Origin: Paragordius varius
Lineage: Eukaryota > Animalia > Nematomorpha
NCBI GenBank assembly: GCA_964247055.1
Contig: OZ176058.1
Coordinates: 496,001 to 560,000 of the forward strand
Direction of reading: 5' to 3'
DNA: 64,000 nt
In this document: positions 13,437 to 26,537 of the stretch, in pieces
Layout of the letters: each line of letters starts with the position of its first letter
Position numbering within the stretch: the stretch's first letter is position 1
The notes under the pieces: generated by a model
What the model was told of the DNA's origin: nothing
The model's database searches: none
What the model saw: the letters and a program-made list of their open reading frames with translations, nothing else
Made by a program: the position numbers and the translations under genes

Positions 13437-15123
13437 TTTATCAAAAACATTGTTAATTATACCAAATTATATCAAATTGTTTTAAAGATACAAATTATAT
13501 TACATATGCAATATTAGTTTAACCATATATTTTTTAACAATAATAAAAATATTTTAAATTAATAATGATTTGAATTATTTTCATTAATAACATTAAAATA
13601 AATCCTTGTTTATTTTACCCTATATTATATTCATAGATACAACTCAGTTTTCAGTAAATTCGAAAAAATTACAGTAAATAAAATTATATGGACAGAACAT
13701 AAAAAAAATAAATACATTTTTTTTTAAAAGAAACTTTTTAAATCCTAGTTTTTTATAATTGTTTTAAATATAAAGTGTGAGATTGATAATTATATTGGTA
13801 AAACAATCATTTTTATATTTTACAATTGTAGTTATATAATTTATATGGGTAAAATTAAGGTTTGAAAAAGTAAGGTTGTCTTTAAATATTGATTTATATT
13901 TTTACCTTTTTTCTTATAATATCAGTTTTTTATGTAAAGTTTATTTTATAATATATACTATTTTGTGTTACAAATTACACTATAAAAATGTTATTTATCA
14001 ACCCTAATTTATGTATAATACAACAGATTACATAGATTTTCAAATTATTAAAGTAAAAATTGAAATTTTGCGGATATAACGAAAAAAAATATAAAGACAA
14101 ATATTTTTTTATAAAACAAAACCATACCTTTTTTAATCATTCAACCTCAATCTTAAAACACACAATTGATTGTTTTAATTTACAACTCTAATCTATACTT
14201 TGCATTAAAACAATGAGTTATATTTAAAAATCGCAAGATTTAAAAAGTATGGTTGTCTTTAAAAAAATATGTGTCTTTATATTTTTACGCTTTATATCCT
14301 TAAAATTTCAATTTTTATAAAAAAGGTTTCTTCATTAAAAAATGAAGTTTTAACTTGTGTTTGTATATATAATATCAACTTTTGACTGGAAAATAATATT
14401 TTATACACAAAACGTATAATAGGATAAATACAGTAAAAATAAAATTATACGGACGACAAAATATAAAACAATTTTTTTTTCGAAAACACCATACTTTTCA
14501 AAACTTTAATGTTTCTCATATAAGCTACAATCGTAAAATATAGAATTGCTTGTGTTAGGAGTATATAGCTTAATTTTACACTTTGCTTTAAAACAATGAG
14601 TTATATTGTTATAAATCTTGATTTAAAAAGTATGGTTGTTTTTTTTGAAAAAATATATTTGTCCTTATATATTTACGTTTTGTCCGTATATTACTATATT
14701 TTTTGAAATAAATATATATTTTTTAAAATGATTTTTTTCTCAATGAATGGAGGACGTAAAATACACTCTTTAAATGTATATTATTTGTGTGATAATAAGG
14801 TTAGTAAAGGCATATTTTTTAAATGTTCATTATATGTTTTTCATGTTTTGTCTTTAATATATACAGATAAAACGTAAAATATAAAGACAAAAATTTTTAA
14901 AAAAGATAATCATATTTTTTAAAATTGCATTTATTTAAATACAACTCATTTTTTAATATTACAAAGTATATTATAGAGATATCAATTAGATATTAACAAG
15001 AATTAAATAGTATTTATATAGTAAAAAAATTTTTTTTTAAAAAATAAAAGTGTCTTTATATTTATACGATTTGTTCATTGAATTTCAATTTTTACTGTCA
15101 TTTTTATTTTAACTGAATTTGAT

Positions 15124-15142
15124 GGGGGGGGGGGGGGGGGGG
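15124..15142 (+). repeat. Poly-G run (19 nt)
   Basis: Seen directly. Confidence 0.9.
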
Positions 15143-15502
15143 AATTATGGTGGTTAAGAAGCGTTTTGTTTTTACGATAAATTCATATTGGTTTTAACTA
15201 TTATAGGCCTATTAGTGAATCAAGTTGGTCATATTATCATTAAAAGAAATTCACAATTATTACCCAATTATGATTGAGCTGAAATTAATTTATACCTATT
15301 CATTGGTAAATAGATGGCTACTTTAAGCAAAATTTTGATAATTTTGTTAAAAACTGTTCATTTTATCATAATTTATCTCTAATTAATTCAAGTCTATATT
15401 TTGGACAAATCGTATATATAGTTGCTTTTCATGATATACAGTGTTCTCACTTACAAAAAAAAGCCTACTATTGTTGCAATTGAAAAAAATCTTCCTTTTT
15501 TA

Positions 15503-15750
15503 CAGTAAAAATTGAAATTATACGGACTAAATGTAAAAACATAAAGACAAATATTTCAAAAAGACAACCATATTTTATAATCTTATTTTTTTTAAATAAC
15601 TCATTGTAAATTATAATATAGAAATGTAAATTGGTAACGTAATCAATTATATATTACGATAGTAATTAAATGTTTAAGATAAGTATGGTTGTCTTTTAAA
15701 AAAATGTGTCTTTATATTTTTACGCATTCGTATAATTTCAATTTCTACTG
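15503..15750. mobile_element. MITE A copy
   Basis: Both TIRs, TA flanks. Confidence 0.75.
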
Positions 15751-16696
15751 TATATTTAAATGGTCCCTAAAAATGTATAAAATCCAAAATAACTCACCCT
15801 AGTAGTTTTTTGTTATTTTATTAACACTCCATTACCTTTAGGGGTAGATTTATATCCTAGAGCGATGTGAAATTTGATTATAAAAGTGTATAAGGGATTA
15901 AGCCGAATATAAAAATATGCTTTCTTTACCCTTTACTGATCATTATATTGAAAAAATATTTATATACCCAAAGCTCTTAGAACTGAGTAATTTCTTTTGC
16001 ATTCAAATGCTAAAATTAACGAGAAATATTATATTATTCTCTTTTGATTATTTTATAAATAAAAAGATGGCATTTTTTAATGATATAAATAAGATTAAAA
16101 AATAACTTATATTAACAAACATAGTCATATGATTTTAAATAAAATATATCCAAAATTTATCATTAAATTTTATATGTATAAATTGATATTACGGACAAAA
16201 CGTATAAATATTAAGACATAGATTTTTTTCTAAAAGACAGCCATACTTTTTTAAACTAAATTTTTTAAAAATATAACTCATTATTTCAACTTGCAAATTA
16301 TAGAATTGATATATATATATATTGCTGATACAATTAATTTATATCATAAAAATTAAGGTTTAAAAAAGTATGGTTAAAAAAATATTTATCTTTATATTTT
16401 TACGTTTTGTCTGTATAATTTCAGTTTTCACTGTAATAGGCTTAAGGTAAAAATTTTAACCAAATTAATGTTGAAAATATTGTTTGCACCCTATATGATA
16501 CCATTAATTTGAGTATATTGACAATTTCATTTCAAAATATACAAGGTAAAAATCACAAAAAAATGGATTTTGTTAATATTGTTAACGTGAACGAATATTT
16601 TATGTTAAAATAATACCTATTTTATTCAAAATATACAACGTAAAAATGACAATAAAAAATTGATTTTGTTAATATTGTCAACGAGAACGAATGTTT

Positions 16697-16870
16697 TATG
16701 TTAAAATAATAATTTCAATTCTCGTAAAATTTAATAAATTAAACTATATCCAAAATTTTCGATACTTTGTAGTATTTTTTTCAATGGATTAATTAAAAAC
16801 AAAGGAAAATTTTGGATATAGTTAAATTTAATAAATTTTACGTGATTTCAAATTATTATTTTAACGTAAA
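16697..16870. repeat. Short near-perfect inverted repeat (hairpin MITE-like)
   Basis: CGTAAAATTTAATAAATTAAACTATATCCAAAATTTTC ... GAAAATTTTGGATATAGTTAAATTTAATAAATTTTACG. Confidence 0.6.
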
Positions 16871-17234
16871 AATCACAAGTTTGACGTTTTTTTTAGTTCT
16901 AATAGAATTAGGTATCCATTTACTCGTTTTTTATTAACATTGGTTTTAAACAGTTCGCTGCTCGTTGAGTATGTGAGCAGGCTTAGACAACTTAAAAGAA
17001 TTTTTGTGCAATAACTGAAATTATACAGACAAAACGTAAAATAAGGACCAATATTTTATTCTAAAAGATAATCATTGCTTTTTAAATCTTGAATTATTTT
17101 AATACATCTGATTGTTTTAAAATGTGAATTTATATATTGGATTGTGTTACCTTACAACCGTAAATAACTTTACTTATTATAAGTAAATTAGTATTGGTCA
17201 AAAATTAACACACTAGTATAAAAAAACTAGATTA

Positions 17235-17523
17235 CAGTAAAAATGATAATATACGGACAAAACGTAAAATAAAGACCAATATTTCTTCTAAAAGACAACC
17301 CATGCTTTATAAATCTTGAATTATTTTAATACATCTGATTGTTTGAAAATGCAAATTCATATAATGGATTGTGTTACCAATAAACATCTCTATCCCATAC
17401 ATATAGTTTGAAACAATAAGTTTTAGATGAATTAAGATTTAAAAAGTATGGGGTTGTCTTTTGAAAAAAAAATTTTGTCTTTATAATTTAACGTTTTGTC
17501 CGTGTTAATTTCAGTTTTTACTG
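17235..17523. mobile_element. MITE A copy
   Basis: Both TIRs, TA flanks. Confidence 0.8.
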
Positions 17524-17539
17524 TAATAATAAAATAAAC

Positions 17540-17960
17540 GATATGTAAGGATGTTTGACTGAGTTAAGACATAATCCGATAGTATATTAATCCATTAATA
17601 AAGGAAATAGCATGAAATAGCTTTGCCAACCGTATATCACCATCAAAGCTGTGATCTCCAGTGCTGAAGGTAGGTAGCTGATTTGATATAAGTTTTTATT
17701 GTGTTGCTTCCCAACTGTTTCTATTTTTTGCATCTTTTATTTTTAGTTTGTCGCCTCAGTGTAAGATCATCATATATAGTACTGATCCAGCCAGCTTTCG
17801 AAGGGTTAGGTTTTAACTAGATGTGACTAGGACATCATTAAATGTATATAATTATCTGGTGATCTGCGATAGATGTGACTACCCATCTTTTGGCTCTTAG
17901 TAAGGGGTCAAGAACATTGATTTTAAGGATTTTATAAAGATCGAGAGCTGATTATAAAAG
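17540..17960 (-). mobile_element. Degenerate non-LTR retrotransposon (RTE-like) 3' fragment
   Basis: GC-richer island; broken minus-strand peptides GSHIYRRSPDN, PSKAGWISTIYDDL and KNRNSW resemble the RTE C-terminal pattern GH..RR..D / RP...W.D.I..DL / DR..W. Confidence 0.35.
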
Positions 17961-19241
17961 TTATAGAGTTTAGTACTATGTACAAAAAGGATTGTTGTTT
18001 TGAATATTTTGGATTCTGAGTTTTGAAATTTGGCAAGGCTTTTATGTGTATGAACATTCATAAATATATATTAGAGTTCGAAGATTAGACTAGCTAAATG
18101 ACAACACAATATTACAATATTGTTCAAGTTTGTTGTTATTTGGATAGATTGTTGAGAATATTTGCTCAAGAATTGTAAATTTTATAATTTTAATTTGTAA
18201 GCTTATTTTTGCAAACTATGGATTTTTTCGAATTTTTCGCATGACCACAATACGCCTATACCAGAGTATATCACAATAAAAACTAAAATTATACGGACAA
18301 AACTTAAAAATATCAAGAGAAATATTTTTTTTAAAGAACCAACCATTTTTAATCTTGATTTATATCAATATAACTCATTGTTTTAAACAGCAAATTGTTA
18401 AATAGAGTTATAGAATATTAACATAATTAACTTTATATTAAACAATATTGTAACTAAATGGCTTATGTGAGATAAATTAATATTTGTCTCTCTAAATTTT
18501 TACGTTTTGTCCTTCCGTAGTATGATTTCAATTTTTACTGTGAAACCAAACAAAACCTATTTCAAAATATTTATAGCCTGCGATTTTTCGGCCATGTGAG
18601 GAGAGATTTTAGGGTCATTAAGAAAGGGCTAGAAATCTTAAGTTACGAAATTTAAATCAGATTAAAAAATTTTATTACATGAACTTGCAGAGATACAGTA
18701 AAAATTTAAATTATACGGACAAAACATTCAAATATAAGGACAAACATTTTTTTTCTAAAAGACAACCGTACTTTTTAAATCATAATTTATTTAAATAAGA
18801 CTGATTATTTAAAACAAGTATGAAATCGAGATGTATATTGGTAACACACTCTTTATATTATTCTATTGTTAATAATTGATCCCTATGGATAAATTTAGTT
18901 TATATTTTAAATAATTATTCAGACTTTTTTGCCATTTATTATAGTAATAATTGGAGATAATTGCAATGATTTATAATCGTGTTTTGGATACACAGTTATT
19001 TATATTTTTCGGTATGATATATTTACTATTAAAAAGATAAATGTTTATTAATGTATCTAACACAAAACTATTGAGACTTATTTTGCCTTTATTTTTTTAT
19101 TGTTTATGATAAATAATTTATTTGATTATTATTTAATTTATTTTTTTTTCGGATAATTCAAGACTGCTGTGAATAACTTTACTAATTATAAGTAAATTAG
19201 TTATTGGACAAAAATCAACACACTAATATAAAAAACTTTTA

Positions 19242-19531
19242 CAGTAAAAAAATTTTACGGACAAAACGTAAAAATATAAAAACAAATATTTTTTCTAATT
19301 AACAAACCATTTTTAAACCTTAAATTATTTTAATATTATATGATGTTTTAAACTGCAAATGATATAATGAATTGTGTTTCCAATAAACATCTCTATCTCA
19401 AACTATATAGTTTGAAACAATAAATTATATTTTATAAAATTAAGGTTGCAAAAAGTATGGGGTTGTCTTTTGAAAAAAAATTTTTGTCTTTATAATTTTA
19501 CGTTTTGTCCGTATATTTCCAATTTTTACTG
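19242..19531. mobile_element. MITE A copy (shares left flank with the 17235 copy)
   Basis: Both TIRs, TA flanks. Confidence 0.8.
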
Positions 19532-20246
19532 TAATCACACACACCTATGAGTTATCTTATGTAGATTGAAAACAAAATTCCTATTTTTAGAGTTTGATGG
19601 CAATATTTTTTAAAACTTTTTACGTCTTTAGTGTTTTGACAATTAAAGGTTAAACTATAAATTTCTGTGTTATCCCCTCACTGTTTCTGCTTTTTATAAA
19701 AGAGATGGCGTATTAAGAGTTATAAATATATACATATATATATCTATCCTTAATTAAATATAATAACTATATTTGATAAAAATTATTAAATAAATTAGCA
19801 TTTAAAATTCAAAAATATAAAATATAAATTTTAAAGTGCAAGTCTAATTAAAGTTATAAACACAATTTTATTTTATTTTGATATCGACCGCGCCAGTTGA
19901 TATAAAATCTTGAATTTTTGGCTAATATTAGAAAAATAAAATTATTTATGGCAAAACGTAAAAATATAAAGACAATTATATTTAAAAGACAACCCCATTC
20001 TTTTTTAAACCTTAATATCTATATATAAGTTATTTAGATTATAAATTATAGAATAAATTGTTTTAGTATTACATATGTCTATCTCACACTTTGCCATTTA
20101 AACAGTGAATTAGTTATGTTTGAAAAAATCAAGATTTAAAAAATAAGGTTGTCTTCAAAAAAAAATATATTTTTTTATATTTTTACGTTTCGTCCGTATA
20201 TTACCAGTTTTTACTATAAAAATGAAATTATAACAGACAAAATATA

Positions 20247-20739
20247 CCATTTACAATGGATTCTCACCCTTCAACAATTCATATTTACCCTTAAACAATT
20301 CGAATTCACCTTTGAGCAATTCAAATTCACCCTTGAACAACAATTCAAATTCACCCTTTCAAATTCACCCTTAAACAATTCAAATTCCGCCTTGAGCAAT
20401 TCAAATTCACCCTTAAATAATTTAAATTCACAATCAACCAATTCAAATTCACCCTTGAACAATTCAAATTCACCCTTAAACAATTCAATTCGAAGCCCTA
20501 AAAATAAAATTGTCTTTTCGAGCAGCTATAACTCATAATATAATTTATAAGAAATATTTTACCACATATTTTAAATTTTTTTAACAATATATTGATTTTA
20601 AACAGAATTTCATATTTAAAAATATTATATAATAAAGGAATTTTTTTTATTTTAAAAAACACATATTTTATTTTAAGGTGAATTGAATTGTTCAAGGGTA
20701 AATTTGAGTTTGAAATGTTCAAGTGCATTTCCTAAATGG
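20247..20739. mobile_element. Foldback MITE family B copy (about 11 left-arm 21-mers)
   Basis: tata|CCATTTAC...AAATGG|tata; source of the spurious NSNSPLN ORFs. Confidence 0.8.
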
Positions 20740-20930
20740 TATATAAAAAGATTAATAGATATTTTTTTATTAAACAGGCTTGTCCAAATGCAGCCCTCCA
20801 AATATTTCTGTAGCCGGCGAGAACTTTAAGATAGATAAATTTTACTAAATCTAAGCAAAAATAATTTTTTCAAACAAATCTTTTCAATAAATTTTTCCGA
20901 ATTTCGGTAATGAACTAGCATTAAATATTA

Positions 20931-21222
20931 CAGTAAAAATTAAAATTATACGGACAAAAGGTAAAAATATAGTGACAAATTTTTTTCTAAGAGACAACCA
21001 TACTTTTTGACACCTTAATATTTCTCATATAAGCAGCTACGTAGTTACAATTGTAAAATATTTGATTGCTTTCGTATTATATACCTCTATTTCACACTTT
21101 GCCATTAAAAATGATGAGATATATTGATATAAATCTATTAAAAATTTGGGGGTTTGTCTTTTAGAAAAATATTTGCCTTTATATTTTAACACTTTGTCCC
21201 CTTATAATTTCAGTTTATACTG
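20931..21222. mobile_element. MITE A copy
   Basis: Both TIRs, TA flanks. Confidence 0.75.
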
Positions 21223-21411
21223 TAAAACAAATATTAGTTTTTATGTGTAAAATCTAGAAAAATTTTCTTAATGACCATATGTTTTGCATGGATTTGAGAT
21301 CAAAAAATGCGGTGCACGAAATCATTTGTGTTAAACAGCCCTGTTCTATATGATAGCTATATTATATATAACCCTACTTATTCTGTATATAGTTAATTCC
21401 AGTTTGAAATA

Positions 21412-21695
21412 CAGTAAAAATTGAAATTATGCGGCAAAAGGAAAATATAAAGATAAATATTTTTTTCTAAAATACAACCCCATACTTTTTAAATATTGAT
21501 TTTTAGATTTAACCCATTGTTTTAACAGCCAAAGTATAGAATTGGTATATATATATATATATTAGTAACAAATTACATATTCGGTTATTTAATATTTTTA
21601 ATAGGATACATTAAGGTTTAAACTAGTATGGTTGTCTTTTGAAAAAATATTTTGTCTTATTTTACGTTTTGTCCGTATAATTTCTATTTTTACTG
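21412..21695. mobile_element. MITE A copy
   Basis: Both TIRs, TA flanks. Confidence 0.8.
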
Positions 21696-23203
21696 TATAT
21701 AATTGGATGTGATTTACATTTCTTTCTCTTTAACTGCAAATTAAAACGATGAGTTAATTTAAAAAAAACGTTTTTAAAAAATATGATAATTATTAGAAAA
21801 AAAATGTCTCTTTTTTAAATTTGTCTGTTTAATTTAATATAGAGAAACTTAAAATTAAAAGACAATTTCTTATATAAAAGATAGTTATATTTTAATACCT
21901 ACATTTTCTTTATAGACTATATATTTCCAATTTTGTATATATTTAGTGTAAATTTACAATTTTTTTCTTTAACTGCAAATTAAAACGATGAGTTATAATA
22001 CAGTAATAACTGATATTATACGGACCAAAGGTAAAAATATAAAGCAAATTTTTTTTTAAATACAACCATACTTTTTAAACCATTTTTAATAATTTTACTC
22101 ATTGTTTCAAATTGCAAATTATAAAATAGAGATATATATTAGTAACAAAATAATTACATTCTTTGCATTGTTATTAAATATTTTTAATAGGATACATTAA
22201 GGTATAGAAACGTATGGTTGTCTTACAAAAATAATTTGTCTTTATTTTACGTTTTGTCCGTATAATTTCTATTTTGAAGTATACAGTAAATATTAAAATT
22301 ATACGGTCAAAACGTAAAATTATAAAGACAAATATTTTTATATAAAAGACCACCATATTTTTTTAAAGCTTATTTTTTCTCATATAAGCTATTTAGTTAC
22401 ATCTAACATAAAATTGATTGTGTTAGTCTTAATATTTCTATTTCGGATTTTAACATTAAAAAGAAATCAGGGTTAAATTAGTATGGTTGTCTTATAAAAA
22501 ATATTTGTCTTTATATTTTTACATTTTGTCCGTATAATTCCAATGACGTATATAATTGAGTGTGACTATTTACATTTCTTTTTCTTTATCTGCAAATTAA
22601 AACGATAAATTATTTTATAAAAAAACTTAAGTTTTAAAAATAATCATTAGAAAAAAATGTCTCTTTTTTACAGTTTGTCTGTCAATTTTATTCCAATTTT
22701 AACATATATAACTGAGTATGAATTTAAATTTTTTTTATTTAAGAATTAAAACGATATTTTAAAACTAATAGAAATAACATAATTCTTGATAAAAAGTTTT
22801 ACATTTTGTCTTTATAAGGAATTCCTGTAATTATATATGACAAAAGAAACTAAATATGTTTTTTTTAAATAAATATAACTATAACTATTTTTTAAAAACT
22901 TAACTTACGGTTTGAAAATGAAAAGAGATACATATCAGTAACTCAATCTAATATCTAAAATGATTGTTACTAAATATTTATATTAAAGGGGAAATTTATG
23001 GTTATCTTTTTTAAAATAATTCTTTTAATTTTTCGTTGTGTCTTAATTTTTTATATTTTACCGTAAATAAATATTTTTTAATATTATCAATGTTTTTTTA
23101 GGTAAAAAATATGAAAATATTTTTGTTGAAAAAAAAATAAAAAAAAATTTTGTGCAGATATTTTACACTTTTATATATGATCAACTACCTATTAAGCGAT
23201 ATA

Positions 23204-23404
23204 CAGTATGTGTAGGTATACATTGCTAGAAAGTTATTAATTATTATTGCCAAATAATAAATACAACAAAGGGGGAAGTATTATTGGTTTATAATTATTT
23301 TTCACTTTTTACTATTATATTAGCCAATAATAATTCTCTTTACTGTACATATGCTATTTGGCAATAATTAAAAACTCTATAGTGACATATATTTACTCAT
23401 ACCG
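23204..23404. mobile_element. MITE family C (~200 bp, TA-flanked, CAGTATGAGT-type TIR)
   Basis: CAGTATG..TTGCTAGAAAGTTATTAATTATTATTGCCAAATA paired with TATTTGGCAATAATTAAAAACTCTATAG..CTCATACCG; related copies at about 12856-13070, 23600-23670 and 49034-49205. Confidence 0.65.
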
Positions 23405-23789
23405 TATATAGAAAGATATAAAGATTTCAAAATGTATGATTTTTTTATAAAAAATATTATTTTTAGTTTTTATTTTTCTTGATATATTTTCACACACAAA
23501 CAATTTTTAATATAATTAATTTTCTTTGAATAGAAAATATAAAATAATTTTTTAAAAAAATATATCTAAAAAAAATATTTTGTGTTCACCTTTTATAGAT
23601 GATCACCTACCTTTTAAACATGCTATTTGGCAATAATTAATAACTCTATAGCAATATATACTTAATCATATTGTGAAATTATTTGAAATAAAAATGAAAT
23701 GGAATATTTTAGCAATTTTTCTGTTTATTTACATAACATAGTATACAAATTTGAGGGGTGATTACATATCGTGAGGATATATATAATAA

Positions 23790-24100
23790 TAGGTGAAAAA
23801 ATTTCAGGATTTTCATAATGCTTTTAATTTTGGCCCTTACGAGTGATTTAAGAAAGTTAATTAGACTTCTGTAGTAACTACATATCGAAAATCGCAAAAT
23901 TGCACACATTATTTTGAATAATGTGTTTTGAATAAAGCTTTATTTTAAAAGCATTACAAATCATTTTTGCGAATTTTAATCTGTGATATGGTTATACATC
24001 GATAAAAGACATCTTATCTTACTAGTTTTTTACAAATTAGATATTTTAGATCATTATTAAATGATAGATGATTATGCGATGCAGTTGAATGGGAAATGTA

Positions 24101-24146
<46 letters not shown>

Positions 24147-24720
24147 TGATGAGTTTATGCATCTGGATTTCCATAGTTATTTTTGTTTTGGCCCTTACGA
24201 GTGATTTAAGAAAGTTAATTATATAATAATTGCTTCATATCGTAAAATCACAAAATTTCCGCACATTAAGAATAATTATTTTTGAATTAAACTTCATTCC
24301 ATAAAATAATATTTCATTATTTTTACAATTGATGACATCTTATCATGCTGGTCTTTTACACATATTAAAATTTTAGGTTTTAGTTTTTATAATAATCTGG
24401 TTATGCGATGCTTTAAGTTGAATGGAAAAAGAAATTATTTTTATAAAAATATCGTGCGTAAAAAAATTTATATTCTAATTCAAAATTCAGGATTTTCATA
24501 GTAATTTTGGGCCTTACGAGTTTTTTAAAAATTTTAGTTATATAATAACTGTTTCATATCGTAAAATCGCAAAATTTCCACACATTATGCTATATAATTA
24601 TATTTAAATTAGGCTTCATTTCAAAAAAGAATGGTTCATTATTTTATCAGATAAAGACACCTTATCTTGCTGGTCTCTTTTACACATATTTAAACATTTT
24701 AGGTTTTAGTTTTTTTAACA
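23790..24720. repeat. Degenerate tandem repeat family D, cluster 1
   Basis: About 3 units of CAGGATTTTCATA..TTTTGGCCCTTACGAGTGATTTAAGAAAGTTA..ATCG.AAAATCGCAAAATT. Confidence 0.65.
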
Positions 24721-24990
24721 ATTGATGATATGATGCTTTATGTGTAATGGTATAAAATTAAAAAAATGAAATAAAATCTCCAAAAAATCAATTAAATTTA
24801 TTTTATCAATTATCCATAAAAGACATTGGTCTTTTCCACATATTTCGGCATTGTAATTTTTAGTTTTTTTAACAATTGAGATATCCGATGCTTTATGTAA
24901 ATGGTATAAAAGTAAAAAAAAATCAAATTAAAATCTGCAAAAAATCAATTAAATTTATTTTATCACACATAATAATCATATTTTAATAAA

Positions 24991-25071
24991 TCAATCATCT
25001 AATTGATAAATTCTATCATAGGGAGGTTGACCCAATCTTTGTTTCGTTATATCATCCCTCATCCATTTAGT
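24991..25071 (-). CDS. MRPL38: MRPL38 terminal exon
   Basis: TKWMRDDITKQRLGQPPYDRIYQLDD*(TGA); resembles the SWL..I.KxRLG tail of invertebrate mL38. Confidence 0.7.
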   Translation of the reverse strand, partial: TKWMRDDITKQRLGQPPYDRIYQLDD

Positions 25072-26491
25072 CTTGTTATATTCAAAAAAATATAAATAAA
25101 AAATATAAAAACTAAAAAAAAATAAATAAAAATAATAATAATTTTAAAAAAATGCATGTTTTGCAAAAAATGGTAATAAAAGAATTTTTTTAATAATATT
25201 TATAGCAATGAAATCAACTTTTGTCTTTTATAATATAATTCCTTAAAAAAATAAAATTTTATTTTCATATATATTTTTAATAACATTATTTATTTTTTAG
25301 ATTAAAAACTTTTACAAATTCAATCTTTTTAATGGAAAAAAAAATATTTCAAAATGTAATTTTTTAATATCATAAATTTAAAAATATAATTTTTTACAAA
25401 TTTTATTATAAAATCCAAAATATAATTATATAAACTTTGATATTTTTCGTAGATGTATCTACATTAAGTAAAAAACTCTCAGATGATCGCTGAGCACGTG
25501 ACCAGGATTGGACGAATGGGGAGGCGTTCACGTGAGTCAGCTGAGCTAACGTGACACGTTTAGCACGTGCTTTGGGGTCTTCGTAATAATCTAAATATCT
25601 AAAAAAATTTAATTAAAAATAAAATTATTTTTTATTTTATTTAAAAAAAAAATAAAATTATTTTATTTTATTTACAAAATAATTTATTTTTTTAATAGAA
25701 ATAATTTTATTTTATATAAAAAATTTGATTATATTTTTTATTATTTAAAAAATAAAATTATTATTTAAAATTAAAAAAATTTTAATTTTTTTAAAAAAAT
25801 TGAATATATCGTTTATTAATAAATTATTTTTAAATAAAAATTTCTTTTGTTATTTTAAATAAATCATAAATCATTTCAAAATTTTATATTATTATTTTTT
25901 AATAAATAAACAATAAGAAAAAATATTTTCATCAAATATAAAAAATTTTAAATAAAAGAAAATTTAATAATAAACGCGTTTTTAACAATTTTTAATTCGA
26001 TAAATATTGAAAGATTGTATTTTCATCAAAAATTATAAAATTTTCAATACATTTTCCAAACTAAATAATATTGTTAATATTAATAAAATCTCTAAATTAT
26101 ATAAAAAAAAATTAAATTATTAAAAAAAAATAATTAAAAATAGATAAAAATGAATAATATTATATTTAATTTTTTTTGATAAAAATTAAAAATATAAAAC
26201 TTTAAAAAATATTTTTTTAAATAAAATATTTTTTATATAAAAATTTAAAATATACTTAAATTTTAAAATATTTTTTTAATTATATATTTTATTTTTATAA
26301 TAATTTTAAATTATTTTATAAAAAATAATTTTAAAACAAAAAAAATTTTATTAAAAATAATATAATTTTACGTATTAAATTTTTGTTTAGCTGGAAATGA
26401 CATTTGATCCGATCTGAACGGGTCCAGCTGTTGATATTCTACGGAGGGGGCGGGTATTTCTAAAATTAATAAAAATATATTTTTTACAAAT

Positions 26492-26537
<46 letters not shown>

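Noticed and set aside
20149-20728. ORFs with NSNSPLN / FKGEFEL repeats (also 7653, 8626, 32564, 32772, 49119, 50536)
   Set aside because: Translations of the 21-bp (3n) subterminal repeat of MITE B.
20776-20825. hAT-like terminus CAGGCTTGTCCAAATGCAGCCC
   Set aside because: Single end only; no partner TIR or 8-bp TSD located.
26388-26460. Plus-strand exon between tttag| and |gtattt
   Set aside because: All three plus frames contain TGA; the minus strand gives a phase-compatible MRPL38 exon.
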